A DNA stretch of 64,000 bases, taken from NCBI RefSeq assembly GCF_028368995.1, contig NZ_JAQNDL010000001.1, positions 224,001-288,000 on the forward strand. The letters are read 5' to 3'. This stretch comes from Nannocystis bainbridge (lineage in GTDB: Bacteria; Myxococcota_A; Polyangia; Nannocystales; Nannocystaceae). Under the pieces are notes generated by a model that searched no databases, was not told the DNA's origin, and saw only the letters and a program-made list of their open reading frames with translations. Positions 48,752 through 62,311 of the stretch are shown piece by piece; position 1 is the first letter of the stretch, and every line of letters begins with the position of its first letter. A program made the position numbers and the translations under genes.

Positions 48752-51513
48752 AGCTCCGCGCGCCGCGACCCGCCTCCGACCTCCTGTCCGCGCCCGTCGC
48801 GGCGCCGCGCGCCGGCGCGCCCGACATGTCCTTCGGGACATCCGGAAGACCTCGCCGTCCCGCCACGGACCTGTCCTCCGGGACAGCTGCATCCACCCCG
48901 CGGCGCGCCGCCCTCCTCACCGGCCTCGGCGTCCTCCTGTCCTTCGGGACAGCTCACGCCCAGGAGCCACGCGCCCTCGACCGCGCCGTCTCTGACGGCG
49001 TCGAGCGCCCGATCAAGGACTACTCCGGCGAGGGTGACGCCAGCAGCATCGAGCTCAACCCCGCCCTGCTCTCGGCGGTCAAGGGCCTCGACTTCGTGTT
49101 CATGGGTTACCGCTCGATCAGCCCGTTCACGCGCGGCGGCGGCCTCGGCGGCTTCATGAGCTTCAACCTCGGCTTCGGCATGGCCACCGGCATCGGCGTG
49201 CAGGCGCTGCGGCCCGGCTTCGGCGGCGGGTATCCCGACCCCTTCGCCCTGCGCAACCCTGACGCCACCAAGATCTCGTGGGCCCTCTCGGGCGGCGACG
49301 GCAAGATCGCCGCCTTCGGCCTCGGCGTGCACTGGCTGCGGGCTGACGGCCTCCTGCGCGCCCCCGACCTCGACGTCGGCCTCCTGCTGCGGATCCGCAA
49401 CTACGCCTCGATCGGCGCCGTCGCTCGCTTCGGCGCCGCCGACCTCCGGGCCTACGGCGACCTCGCCAGCGAGCTCTCGATCCTCGGCGAGCTCGCCCTC
49501 CGGCCGCTCGGTAACCGCACCCTCGAGCTCGCCGGCGGCGTACGCGGCCGCTTCCGCGTCGACCAACCTGGCCTTCGGTTCAGCCAGTGGGACAACCTCG
49601 GCGCCCTCCCGCGCGGCCGCATCGCCGTGCGTCACAAGGGCCTCGAGCTCGCCGCCGAGGTCGAGCAGGTCCGCGTCCACACCCTCGATCCTTCGACCTA
49701 CAACTTCGTGCGCGCCGACAAGGCCGTGCGCGGCTCGGTCCAGCTCGCGGTCGCCTGGGACTTCATGAAGGTCAGCGGCGGCGTGCACGCCGGCCTCGGC
49801 GAGGGCGTCGACGGCTTCGGCCTCGCTGCCCGCTTCTCGACCGCGCGCCAGGGTCGCGTGTTTTGGCCGCGCCTCGTCGACGTCGAGCGCGTCGACCTGT
49901 CCGCGATCAAGGGCGAGCGCCACCTGCTCGGCCTCTTGCAGCGGCTCGAGCGGGCCGAGAAGGCCGGCGCGCGCACCATCCTGCTCGTCGACGCGCGCAG
50001 CACCGGCCTCGGCTGGGCCAGCCTGCAGGAGATCCGCGGCGCCCTGGTCCGGATCCGCAACGCCGGCGGCCACGTCTTCGCCTACCTCGAGGACACCAAG
50101 CTCAAGGACTACTACCTCGCCAGCGCCGCCGAGCAGGTGTTCCTCCACCCTGCCGGCGAGCTCGCCACCTTCGGCCTCGCCTCGACCACCTTCTACCTGC
50201 GCGGCCTGCTCGACAAGCTCGGCGTCCAGGTCGAGGCGCTGCACATCGACGAGTACAAGTCCGCCCACGAGATGTTCTCGCGGACAGGTCCGTCCGACAA
50301 GGACGTCGAGCAGCGCGAGGCCCTGCTCGACGACACCTTCGCCCAGATCACCCACGACATCGCCCAGGCCCGCGGTCTCAGCATCGCCCAGGTCCAGGGC
50401 CTCGTCGACGACGCCCCCTACGGCCCTGCCAAGGCCAAGCAGCTCGGCCTCGTCGACGCCGTCGTCTTCCGCGACCAGGTCGTCGAGAAGATCGGCGACG
50501 CCGTCGGCGCGCGCGTCAAGTTCGCCCAGTTCGACGACACCGAACCTGACCCGAAGACCTGGTCGACCGCGCCCTACGTCGCCGTCGTGCTCGTCGAGGG
50601 CACCATCGTCGACGGCGAGAGCCGCACCATCCCGCTGCTCGGCACCCAGTTCACCGGCGGCGACACCATCGTCGCCCAGCTGCGGGCCGTGCGAAACGAC
50701 CCCGCCTGTCAGGGCGTCGTCCTGCGCGTCAACAGCCCCGGCGGCAGCGCCCTCGCCTCCGACGTCATCTGGCGCGAGGTCTCGCGCACCCACGAGGCGT
50801 GGAAGAAGAACCCGCGCAAGAGCCCGCCGATCGTCGTCTCGATGGGCGACGTCGCCGCCAGCGGTGGTTACTACGTCGCCGCCGGCACCGACCACGTGTT
50901 CGCCCAGCCCACCACCCTCACCGGCTCGATCGGCGTCGTCTCCTTGCACTTCGACGTGAGCGGCCTGCTCGCCAAGCTCGGCGTCGCCACCCACACCTTC
51001 AAGCGCGGCAAGAACGCCGACATCTCCGGCCTCTACCGCCCCTACAGCCCCGACGAGCGCGCCCGCATGGACGCCTCGATCCGCCGCGTCTACGACCTCT
51101 TCCTCAAGCGCGTCGCCGACGCCCGCGGCAAGACCCCCGAGCAGGTCGACGCCCTCGGCCGCGGCCACGTCTACTCCGGCACCGACGCCAAGCAGCTCGG
51201 CCTCGTCGACGCCTTCGGCGGCCTGCGCGAGGCCGTCGCCCTCGTGCGCCAGCGCAGCGGCGTCGGCGAGCGCCGCGACCTCCAGCTGCGCATCGTCCCG
51301 GCCCGCAAGGGCATCCTCGAGCTCGTCCTCGACCTGCTCGGCCCCGATCGCGGCGACAAGGGCCTGCGCGGCCGGATCCAGGCCCGCCGCGACGCCGAGC
51401 CCCCGCTCCCGCTGGTCCTCACCACCGCGATCGCCCGCCTCCCCCTCGGCCTCCTGTTCCTCCCGCAAGATCAACCGAGCGCCCTCATGCCGGTCGTGCA
51501 CACGATCGAGTGA
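48748..51513 (+). CDS. sppA: Signal peptide peptidase SppA (S49) with N-terminal predicted beta-barrel domain, copy 1
   Basis: YYLASAA, EYKSA (Lys), LRVNSPGGSALAS, VAASGGYY (Ser), TLTGSIGV, GHVYSG. Start uncertain (GTG 48748 or ATG 48826). Confidence 0.85.
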   Translation: MKLRAPRPASDLLSAPVAAPRAGAPDMSFGTSGRPRRPATDLSSGTAASTPRRAALLTGLGVLLSFGTAHAQEPRALDRAVSDGVERPIKDYSGEGDASSIELNPALLSAVKGLDFVFMGYRSISPFTRGGGLGGFMSFNLGFGMATGIGVQALRPGFGGGYPDPFALRNPDATKISWALSGGDGKIAAFGLGVHWLRADGLLRAPDLDVGLLLRIRNYASIGAVARFGAADLRAYGDLASELSILGELALRPLGNRTLELAGGVRGRFRVDQPGLRFSQWDNLGALPRGRIAVRHKGLELAAEVEQVRVHTLDPSTYNFVRADKAVRGSVQLAVAWDFMKVSGGVHAGLGEGVDGFGLAARFSTARQGRVFWPRLVDVERVDLSAIKGERHLLGLLQRLERAEKAGARTILLVDARSTGLGWASLQEIRGALVRIRNAGGHVFAYLEDTKLKDYYLASAAEQVFLHPAGELATFGLASTTFYLRGLLDKLGVQVEALHIDEYKSAHEMFSRTGPSDKDVEQREALLDDTFAQITHDIAQARGLSIAQVQGLVDDAPYGPAKAKQLGLVDAVVFRDQVVEKIGDAVGARVKFAQFDDTEPDPKTWSTAPYVAVVLVEGTIVDGESRTIPLLGTQFTGGDTIVAQLRAVRNDPACQGVVLRVNSPGGSALASDVIWREVSRTHEAWKKNPRKSPPIVVSMGDVAASGGYYVAAGTDHVFAQPTTLTGSIGVVSLHFDVSGLLAKLGVATHTFKRGKNADISGLYRPYSPDERARMDASIRRVYDLFLKRVADARGKTPEQVDALGRGHVYSGTDAKQLGLVDAFGGLREAVALVRQRSGVGERRDLQLRIVPARKGILELVLDLLGPDRGDKGLRGRIQARRDAEPPLPLVLTTAIARLPLGLLFLPQDQPSALMPVVHTIE

Positions 51514-51757
51514 CGCCCTGCGAGGCGAGTGACCGCGTGATCCACCAGCGTCGCCTCGAGATCGCGCAGCTTCGTGGCGAGCACCGCGTGTGCCGCCGCG
51601 ACGAGCGACCTTTCGCCGCTGCGAGGTTCCCCGTGAGCGCCTTCTGCGACCGCGGCGCCGATCGCGTCGGGTTCACGCCGCACCTTGCTGCCGCCTTCAC
51701 ACGCAACCGCCTTCGTCTGGCGCGCCCGCGGCCGCTCGCGCACACTGCATCCGCCGC

Positions 51758-54787
<3,030 letters not shown>

Positions 54788-54791
54788 CGCC

Positions 54792-54880
54792 TGTCCTCCA
54801 GGGCATGTCCGCGAGGACCTGCGCGAAAGCGCATGTCTTTTCGAACATGCACGAAAGGGCATGCCCTCGCGGACATGCCC
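54792..54880. repeat. Phased array of six 14-bp units between convergent genes
   Basis: C(A/C)TG cores at 54790, 54804, 54818, 54832, 54846, 54860, 54874. Confidence 0.92.
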
Positions 54881-54904
54881 GTCACGCCCGCGTCCGCGAC
54901 CCGC

Positions 54905-55630
54905 TCACGACCCGCCGCCGAGCAGCTGCTCGACCTCGGCCTGCGAGCCGAGCACCCGGCGGGACAGCTCGAAGTACAGCTCGCGCTCGCGGCCGCCGCG
55001 GCGGCTGGCGCGGAGGATCGGCACCAGCGAGTGCAGCGCCTTGACCCGCTCCTCGAGGTCCAGCGTCAGCAGGCGCTCGACCAGCGAGTCCAGGGTCGGC
55101 GGCTTGTGCAGCAGCTCGGACAGCTCGACGCGGCGGCCGACCGGGATCGGCAGGCGCTCGAGCAGGTTGTCGAAGTGAATCGCCTCGTGGAAATCGAGGT
55201 GGCCGTCGAGGTTGACGAACATCGCCGCCAGGCCGACGGTCAGCTCGGCGCGCAGGTGGGCCTGCTGGGTCCAGGTGTCGCGCAGCTGGGCGACGTGGTC
55301 GAGGTCGACCCCGAGGCGGCGGGCGATGCGGTCGTGCACGGTCGCCTCGACGTCCGAGCCGGTGCCGTCGGCCAGCGCCATCTGCCAGCAGCGGCGCAGC
55401 ACGTCCTCGAACCGGGACTCGTCGGTCAGGGGCGCCAGGTCGTGGAAGCGGCGCTCGAGCTGCTCCTGGCGCGACAGGATCTCCATCCACACCATCTGAT
55501 CCTGCTCGCTCAGGGTCGAGCCGACGTAACGCAACACTTCGTCCCACTCGCCGATGTCGAGGATCTCGTCGGCGTGGGCGATGAGCCCGCAGCCCACCAG
55601 AATCCATTCTTGCTCGGAAGTGAGCGCCAC
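54905..55630 (-). CDS. TerB-family protein with duplicated domain
   Basis: IAHADEILDIGEW, MALADGTGSDVE, NLDGHLDFHE. Confidence 0.7.
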   Translation of the reverse strand: MALTSEQEWILVGCGLIAHADEILDIGEWDEVLRYVGSTLSEQDQMVWMEILSRQEQLERRFHDLAPLTDESRFEDVLRRCWQMALADGTGSDVEATVHDRIARRLGVDLDHVAQLRDTWTQQAHLRAELTVGLAAMFVNLDGHLDFHEAIHFDNLLERLPIPVGRRVELSELLHKPPTLDSLVERLLTLDLEERVKALHSLVPILRASRRGGRERELYFELSRRVLGSQAEVEQLLGGGS

Positions 55631-55688
55631 CTTGCCTCTCTTTCGCCTGCCCGCAGGGTACAACAGATCGACCGGAGGGGCGGCCGGG

Positions 55689-58418
55689 CTACTCGACCTC
55701 GATCGTCTCCTCTGCCAGGGCCAGCTCGCTGGGATGCTCCGACAGCCACAGGCTCGGCGGGAGCCGGCGCAGCACCCACACCATCGCCGACTCCCCCAGG
55801 CCGAGCGGCGACGGCAGCTTGAGCCCGAAGAGCGCGCTGATCTGGTCGCCGAGGGTCGGCGGCGCCGGCACGTGGCGCACCTCGCCCTCACCCGGCTTCA
55901 GCGCGGCCCGCTCGCGGGCGTAGGCCACGGCCTCGCGCAGCCCGCCGTACGCGTCGACGAGGCCGAGCTCGCGCGCCCGCACCCCGCTCCACACCCGTCC
56001 GCGGGCCAGCGCGTCGACCTGCTCCGGCGTCAGCTTGCGCGCCTTCGCCACCCGCGCCGTGAACTCCCGGTAGCTGGCGTCGACGCCGGCCTGGGCCGCC
56101 GCCCGCTCGTCCTCGCTGTACGGCTTGAACCACGTGTAGAGCCCGCCGCGCGCGCCGTAGTCGACCGACTCGACCTTGACCCCGAACTTCTCGAGCACGC
56201 CCGACACGTCGACCTTCGGGCGGAACACGCCGATGCTGCCGGTCTTGGTGGTCGCGTCGGCGAAGATGTAGCTGCCCGCGGTCGCCACGTAGTAGCCGCC
56301 GGACGCCGCCACGTCGCCGAACGAGATCACGACCGGCTTGATCTTCGCCACCCGGTCGAGCGCGCGCGCCATGTCGTCCGACGCCGCCACCGACCCGCCC
56401 GGGCTGTCGATGCGCACCACCACCGCCTTGACCCGCCGGTCCTCGCGCAGGCGATCGATCGCCCGCACCAGCGTGTCGCCGCCGGCCAGCACGCTGCCGA
56501 CGATCGGGACCGTCAGGCTCGCGCCGTCGCTGATGGTGCCCTCGACGTGGACCACCGCGATCGCCGGACCTGGCCCGAAGGACATGTCATGCACCGGCAG
56601 CGCGCTCGGGGCCCGCAGCGTCACCTTGCGCGCCAGCCACTTCTCCAGCTCGCCCTCGAGCTCGTCGGCGTAGCCGATCGCGTCGATCATCCCGGCTCGC
56701 AGCGCCTGCTCGGCCGTGTGCGGCGCCGTGTCGATCCACTGCACCACCTGCTCCGGCGTGGTCTTGCGGTTCTGCGCCACCGTCCGCACCACGTGGTTCC
56801 AGATGTCGGTCAGCAGCAGCCGCCGCTGCGCGTCCGACTCCGGCGTCGGCCCCGTGCGCTCCCACTGCTCGGGCCGCGACTTGTACTCGTACGCCCGCAC
56901 GAACTCGGCCTTGGCCCCGAGGCGCCCGAGCAGCTCCGCGTAGTAGAACACCTCCGAGCGCATGCCGACGATCGACAGCCGCGCCCCCGGGTGCAGGATC
57001 ACCCGGTCGGCCGCGGTCGCCAGGAAGTAATCCTTCAGCCCCGCCCCGCGCAGGTACACCGCTACCTTGCCGCCGCGCGCCCGCACCCGCAGCATCGCCT
57101 CGCGGATCTCCTCGATCTCGCCCCACCCGTTGCCCGAGCCGTCGACCTCGAGCGCCACCACGGCGCGGCCCTGTCGCTGCTCCGACGCCTTGTCGAGCGC
57201 GTCGACCAGCCTGCCCGCCCCGCGGTCGCCGGCGTAGCGATCGACGTCGAAGCGCAGCGCCTCGAGCGGCGCCTGGGCCAGCGTCGCATAGCGCTCGGCC
57301 GACGCCCGCAGCTTGAACGCCCCGCCCTGCGCCCCGAAGCCGTCGGCCCCGTTCGGCCCGAGCACCGGCGCTGCCGCCACGCCGACGTGGGTAAAGTCGA
57401 GCTCGAGCCCGACCATCGCCCGCAGCGCGTCGGTGGCCTCGCGCTGGCCGACGGTGTTGACGTAGTAGCGCTCGACCTCGCCGAACAGCCGCCACGCCGC
57501 GCCGCCGGCCGCGATCCGCCCGCGCGGCGCCAGCACCGGCGTATGGAACCGCGGGTCGGCGTTCGGCAGCGGCACCACCCGCGCCCCGACCCCGAGCTCG
57601 AGCGCGCGCGAGCCCTTGATCGGCCGCACCGCCACCTCGGCGTCGAGCTCGAACGGCTGGCGGCGATCGAGGATGCCCGGCCGCGGCGGCTCGGGGATTC
57701 GCAGGTCCTGGCCCGCGCGCGGCGTGTTGATCGCCCGCGCCACCAACCCGAGCGCCACGTAGCGGCTCGGGCGATAGGCCAGCGACAGCTCGGCCTGGTG
57801 CAGCCGCTGCGCGTAGAGGTTGCGCTCCGACCACGTGCGCGCGTAGCTGATGCCGAGCGACAGCCCCGGGGCCCAGCGCATCAGCGGCACCGCGGCTGCC
57901 AGCGTCAGCTTGTTGTAGTCGAGGTCGGCCGGGTACCAGTCGTCGCGGTACCACTCGACGGAGTCCTGGCTCGGCAGGCGCCCGCAGCCGAACGGGCACA
58001 GCCGCTGATAACCTGCCCCGAGGGACAGGAAGGTGTCGGCGAGCTTCTGCCCGAACAGCTTGAGCTGCAGCGGCACCGCCACGAACACCCCGAAGCCGCC
58101 GCCGCGCCGCTGCGACGTCGCCCGCGTGTAGTTGCCCGCCAGCACCCCGCTGAACCCGCGCAGGAACCCCATCGCCGCCGGGTTGACCGCCACCGCCGCC
58201 GCGTCGATCTCGCCGGCCACGTGGCTCTGCGGCATGTCGATGTCGCGCAGCAGTGAGCGGCCCTCGCCCGCCCCGAACGGCGCCGGCTCCGGCGGGGCCG
58301 CGTGGGCCGACGTCGCCAGCGCGAAGGCCCCCAGCGCGCACACGCCCACGGCCCGGCGACGCCGCGACGTCGCGCCCGCAGGACCACCGTAAACCACCGA
58401 GCGAGCACGAGCGGCCAT
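55689..58418 (-). CDS. sppA: Signal peptide peptidase SppA (S49) with N-terminal predicted beta-barrel domain, copy 2
   Basis: DYFLATAA, EYKSRPE, RIDSPGGS, VAASGGYY, TGSIGV, GRVWSG; start ATG 58418 overlaps the mutS2 stop. Confidence 0.85.
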   Translation of the reverse strand: MAARARSVVYGGPAGATSRRRRAVGVCALGAFALATSAHAAPPEPAPFGAGEGRSLLRDIDMPQSHVAGEIDAAAVAVNPAAMGFLRGFSGVLAGNYTRATSQRRGGGFGVFVAVPLQLKLFGQKLADTFLSLGAGYQRLCPFGCGRLPSQDSVEWYRDDWYPADLDYNKLTLAAAVPLMRWAPGLSLGISYARTWSERNLYAQRLHQAELSLAYRPSRYVALGLVARAINTPRAGQDLRIPEPPRPGILDRRQPFELDAEVAVRPIKGSRALELGVGARVVPLPNADPRFHTPVLAPRGRIAAGGAAWRLFGEVERYYVNTVGQREATDALRAMVGLELDFTHVGVAAAPVLGPNGADGFGAQGGAFKLRASAERYATLAQAPLEALRFDVDRYAGDRGAGRLVDALDKASEQRQGRAVVALEVDGSGNGWGEIEEIREAMLRVRARGGKVAVYLRGAGLKDYFLATAADRVILHPGARLSIVGMRSEVFYYAELLGRLGAKAEFVRAYEYKSRPEQWERTGPTPESDAQRRLLLTDIWNHVVRTVAQNRKTTPEQVVQWIDTAPHTAEQALRAGMIDAIGYADELEGELEKWLARKVTLRAPSALPVHDMSFGPGPAIAVVHVEGTISDGASLTVPIVGSVLAGGDTLVRAIDRLREDRRVKAVVVRIDSPGGSVAASDDMARALDRVAKIKPVVISFGDVAASGGYYVATAGSYIFADATTKTGSIGVFRPKVDVSGVLEKFGVKVESVDYGARGGLYTWFKPYSEDERAAAQAGVDASYREFTARVAKARKLTPEQVDALARGRVWSGVRARELGLVDAYGGLREAVAYARERAALKPGEGEVRHVPAPPTLGDQISALFGLKLPSPLGLGESAMVWVLRRLPPSLWLSEHPSELALAEETIEVE

Positions 58419-61069
58419 CACGGCTGAACCCATACCACGGTCACGCCCTCGCCGCCCTCGCGCTGCAGGCCCGGGCGCTTGCGGTGGATGAACGGCTGCT
58501 CGGCCAGGTACTCGCGCACCGCCTTGCGCAGGGCCCCGGTGCCGTGGCCGTGGATCACCACCACCACCTCGAGGTCCTTCTGCATCGCCTCGTCGAGGAA
58601 GCGATCGATCGTCCGCAGCGCGTCCTCGGCCCGCGCCCCGCGGACATCCACGCTGTTGTCGATGCCGACCTCGATCGCCGCCGCCGACTCCCCGAAGTGC
58701 TTGCTCGCCGTCGAAGGCAGCGGCTCCGGCACCTCCCACCGGCGCACCGGCGCCGCCACGCCCGGCTTCACCTTCGCCCGCGTGCGCGTCGGAGTCCGCA
58801 GCGAGCGCAGCTCCGTCAGCGGCACCGTCGTCTTCAGCGCCTCGACCTGGACCACCGCGCGCTCGCCCTGCACCGCCAGCACCTCGCCCTGCTTGCCGAG
58901 CGACACCACCATCACCCGCTCGCCCGGCACCAGCTGCACCGGCGGCTCGCCCGGGGCCTTCGGGGCCGGCTCGCGCCGCTCCGCCAATTGCCCGCGCCCG
59001 GCCTGCAGCCCGCCCTTGGCCGCCTCCAGCGCCACGTCGAGCTTGCCCTCCTTCTCGGCCTTGCGCACCTGCTTGCGCAGATCGGCCACCTCGGCGTGCA
59101 GCGCCCGCAGCTCCGCCGACGCCGCGTCGTACGCCTTTTGCTTGCGGCTCTTGGCCTGCTCGAGCGCCGCCGCCTCGCGCCTGGCCACCTCCTGGTTGCG
59201 CCGGCGCAGCTCGTCCCGCTCGCGGTCGACCTCCAGCCGCGTCGTGATCAGCCGGTCGCGCTCCGCCACCACCTCCTGAAGCAGTTGGTCGACCCGCAGC
59301 CGGCCCTCGTCCATCAGCCCCTGCGCCACCTGCAGCACCGGCTCCGGCAGCCCCAGGCGGCGCGCCACCGTCAGCGCGCTCGACGGCCCCGGCACCCCGA
59401 TCAGCAGGCGGAACGTCGGCATCAACTTCTCGAGATCGAAGCCCACCGACGCGTTGATGAAGCGCCCGGGGAACCGCTGCGCCAGCAGCTTGAGCCGCTC
59501 GTAGTGGGTCGTCGTCACCACCGACGCCCCGTGCTCCGTCAGCGCCAGCAGGATCGCCTCGGCCAGCGCCGCGCCCTGCTCCGGATCGGTGCCGACCGCG
59601 ATCTCGTCGAGCAGCACCAGCGTCCCGCCGTGCTCGACCTGCGCCGACGCCAGCGCCGCGCACACGTGCTGCATGTGCGCCGAGAACGTGCTGAGGTTGG
59701 CCGCGATCGACTGGTCGTCGCCGACGTCCGTCACGATCGCCCGCACCAGGGGCAGCCGCGCCGGTCGCCGCGTCGGCAGCCGCAGCCCCGCCTGCGCCAT
59801 CAGGGCGCACAGCCCCAGCGTCTTGAGCGCGACCGTCTTGCCGCCCGCGTTCGGCCCGCTGATCACCAGCGCCGACCCGAGCTCGAGCAGGATGTCGTTC
59901 GGCACCACCTCGACGCCCGACAGCACCATCAACGGGTGGCGCGCGCCGATCAGCTCGAAGCGGTCCATCGCCGCCTCGTCCTCGCTCGCGCGCGCCGCCC
60001 CGACCTCGGGCGCCAGCCCGTGGTACGCGTCGGCGAAGCGCAGCCGCGCGTGGATGGCGTCGAGCGCGATCAGCTGCTGTTGATTGGCGCGCAGCTGGGC
60101 CGCCGCGATCCCGACGCTGCGGCTCAGCTGCTCGAGCACTCGCCGCTCCTCCGCCGCCGCTTGCATCTGCGCCGCGCGCAGCGAGTTGTTCTCCTCCATC
60201 AACTCGCTCGGCTCGACGAACAGCGTCTGCCCGGTCGCGCTGCTGTCGTGGATGATGCCGGTCAGCGAGCCGCGGCGCGTGAACGCGTCGGCGCGGACCG
60301 GCAGCACGATCCGGCCCTCGCGCTCGGTGTAGTACGAGTCCTGCAGCACCTCGGCCACACCTGACTGTTTGACCAGGCGACTCGCCGCCTTCATGAGCGA
60401 CGCCTTGAGCTCGCGGACCCGCTGCCGCGCCTTTTGCAGCCCGGGGCTGGCGCCGTCGACCACCCACGGCTCGCCCTCCGGGCCGTCGGGCGCGATCGAT
60501 CGGCCGAGCGCGCCGGCCAGCTCGCGCTGGGGGTGGAGCTCCCCGAGCCGGGTCGCCAGCGTGAGCACCCCGGGATCGCTCGCGTAGCCCCGCTCGGCCG
60601 CGACCGCCGCGTTCAGATCCACGCACAGCTTCACCGCCTGCAACTGGCGCAGGGCTGCGAGCAGTTCCGCGGGCAGCAGCATCACGCCGCGGCTCGCGCG
60701 CATGACCGCGTCGGAGATGTCGCTCAGTGCCCCCAGAGCGTCCGCCAAATTGCCGGGGCCGCCCGACTCGCGGGCCAGGGACGCCTGCACGGCCAGGAGC
60801 GCCTGCAGCCCGTCCTGCTCGGACAGCAGGGTTCGCACCTGCGCCGGTTCGGAGGTCCGCCGCAGCACCGGCGCCGCGTCGGCTTCGTACGGCTTGCGGG
60901 CCAGCTCCGCCGCGACCTCGGCCTGCAGCAGCGAGCGGGCCATCGGCGTGCGCAGGTGTTCGGCGAGGCGCTCGCACAGGAGCGGCCAGCCGAGGTGAAC
61001 GAGCACCGAGCGGCTGCTCGGCGAGCTCGTCCCGGTCTTGGTGGTTCGCGAATTCTCCGGGCCGTTCAC
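58418..61069 (-). CDS. mutS2: Endonuclease MutS2 (Smr domain)
   Basis: IHDSSATGQTLFVEP, ISGPNAGGKT, LSTFSAHM, LLDEIAVGTDP, TTHY, Smr motif VIHGHGTG. Confidence 0.93.
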   Translation of the reverse strand: MNGPENSRTTKTGTSSPSSRSVLVHLGWPLLCERLAEHLRTPMARSLLQAEVAAELARKPYEADAAPVLRRTSEPAQVRTLLSEQDGLQALLAVQASLARESGGPGNLADALGALSDISDAVMRASRGVMLLPAELLAALRQLQAVKLCVDLNAAVAAERGYASDPGVLTLATRLGELHPQRELAGALGRSIAPDGPEGEPWVVDGASPGLQKARQRVRELKASLMKAASRLVKQSGVAEVLQDSYYTEREGRIVLPVRADAFTRRGSLTGIIHDSSATGQTLFVEPSELMEENNSLRAAQMQAAAEERRVLEQLSRSVGIAAAQLRANQQQLIALDAIHARLRFADAYHGLAPEVGAARASEDEAAMDRFELIGARHPLMVLSGVEVVPNDILLELGSALVISGPNAGGKTVALKTLGLCALMAQAGLRLPTRRPARLPLVRAIVTDVGDDQSIAANLSTFSAHMQHVCAALASAQVEHGGTLVLLDEIAVGTDPEQGAALAEAILLALTEHGASVVTTTHYERLKLLAQRFPGRFINASVGFDLEKLMPTFRLLIGVPGPSSALTVARRLGLPEPVLQVAQGLMDEGRLRVDQLLQEVVAERDRLITTRLEVDRERDELRRRNQEVARREAAALEQAKSRKQKAYDAASAELRALHAEVADLRKQVRKAEKEGKLDVALEAAKGGLQAGRGQLAERREPAPKAPGEPPVQLVPGERVMVVSLGKQGEVLAVQGERAVVQVEALKTTVPLTELRSLRTPTRTRAKVKPGVAAPVRRWEVPEPLPSTASKHFGESAAAIEVGIDNSVDVRGARAEDALRTIDRFLDEAMQKDLEVVVVIHGHGTGALRKAVREYLAEQPFIHRKRPGLQREGGEGVTVVWVQP

Positions 61070-61217
61070 GGCCGCGGATTATGCCCCGTTCCCGCGCCGG
61101 GGACTTCCGAGCGCGCGCCGCCTGCGAACACGCCGCGCCTGAAATCGCCCGCCGGCGCACGCGCGCCCGCGCGTCTCTGTCTCGGCCGTCACGTGTTGCG
61201 CGTGGCGAATTTTCGAC

Positions 61218-61234
61218 TAGGCACGCATGGCGCA
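61218..61234 (+). promoter_or_regulatory. Candidate sigma-54 (-24/-12) promoter for the mrp operon
   Basis: TAGGCACGCATGGCGCA: GG at 61220-61221, N10, GC at 61232-61233, about 25 bp before the ATG at 61258. Confidence 0.45.
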
Positions 61235-61257
61235 AACGGGATAGGGTACGTTACCCG

Positions 61258-61734
61258 ATGATGCGCGCCTTATCGCTTGTCATCCTCCTGGCCGGTTACT
61301 GGGCGCTGCTGTCCGGACAGTTCCACAACGGCTTCCTCATCACCTGCGGCGTGCTCTGCATCGCCTTCGTGTGCTGGATGGCGAGCCGGATGGGGCTCAT
61401 CGACGACGAGGGCGCCCCCGCGCGCTACTACGTCGGACTGCTGCTGTATGTGCCCTACATCGCCTGGCAGGTCATCCTCGCCAACTGGGACGTGCTGAAG
61501 CGGATCTGGTCCAGCGAGCTGGCCATCGATCCACGCCTCACCCGGATCCGCCACGGCACGCGGGCCGGCTTCGTCACCGTCACCTACGCCAACTCGATCA
61601 CGCTCACGCCCGGCACGGTGACGATGGAGGTCACCGAGACCGAGATGCTGGTCCTCTCGCTCACCAAGGAGGGCGAGGACGGCCTGATCGACGGCGACAT
61701 GGAGCGCCGCTGCAAGCGCCTGGAGGGCGGTTGA
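61258..61734 (+). CDS. mrpE: Na+/H+ antiporter subunit E
   Basis: WALLSG, ANWDV, YANSITLTPGT. Confidence 0.9.
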   Translation: MMRALSLVILLAGYWALLSGQFHNGFLITCGVLCIAFVCWMASRMGLIDDEGAPARYYVGLLLYVPYIAWQVILANWDVLKRIWSSELAIDPRLTRIRHGTRAGFVTVTYANSITLTPGTVTMEVTETEMLVLSLTKEGEDGLIDGDMERRCKRLEGG

Positions 61735-61997
61735 TGTCCACGGTCTACCTGATCACCGCCGTCGTCCTGATCGTCGGCGCCTTCATGCTCCTCTACCGCG
61801 CGCTGGCGGGGCCGACGGTCTACGACACGATCCTCGCCACCAACGCGATCGGCACCAAGACGATCGTGTTCGTGATCCTGCTCGGTTACATCAGCGGCCG
61901 GACCGAGTTCATCGACATGGCGATCATCTACGCGCTGATCACCTTCATCACCACGATCGCCATCCTCAAGTACATCGAGAAAGGTCGGCTCGACTAG
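61734..61997 (+). CDS. mrpF: Na+/H+ antiporter subunit F
   Basis: RALAGPTVYD, IDMAIIYALITFITTIAILK. Confidence 0.9.
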   Translation: MSTVYLITAVVLIVGAFMLLYRALAGPTVYDTILATNAIGTKTIVFVILLGYISGRTEFIDMAIIYALITFITTIAILKYIEKGRLD

Positions 61998-61999
61998 CC

Positions 62000-62311
62000 A
62001 TGCACTGGAACGAAGTCGTCTGCACCGTCCTGCTCGCGCTCGGCTGCGTCATCAGCTTCTCCGGCTCCTACGGCGTCCTCAAGTTCCCCGACTTCTACGC
62101 CCGCTTGCACGCGGCCGGCAAGACCGACTCGCTGGCGCAGGTGCTCATGCTGCTGGGCCTCGTGTTCGTCACGCCCGACGTGCTGACGCAGATCAAGCTG
62201 ATGCTGGTCGCCTTCATCCTTTTGATCGTCGCGCCGACCGCCACCTTCGCCATCACCCGCGCCGCCCACCTCGACGGCCTGCGCCCGTGGACGCGAGGAG
62301 GCCCGCAGTGA
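62000..62311 (+). CDS. mrpG: Na+/H+ antiporter subunit G
   Basis: GVLKFPDFYARLHAAGKTD, PTATFAITRAA. Confidence 0.9.
   Translation: MHWNEVVCTVLLALGCVISFSGSYGVLKFPDFYARLHAAGKTDSLAQVLMLLGLVFVTPDVLTQIKLMLVAFILLIVAPTATFAITRAAHLDGLRPWTRGGPQ

Noticed and set aside
61310-61319. TGTCCGGACA as a member of the 14-bp motif family
   Set aside because: Zero-length spacer; single case explained by the codons for L-S-G-Q.
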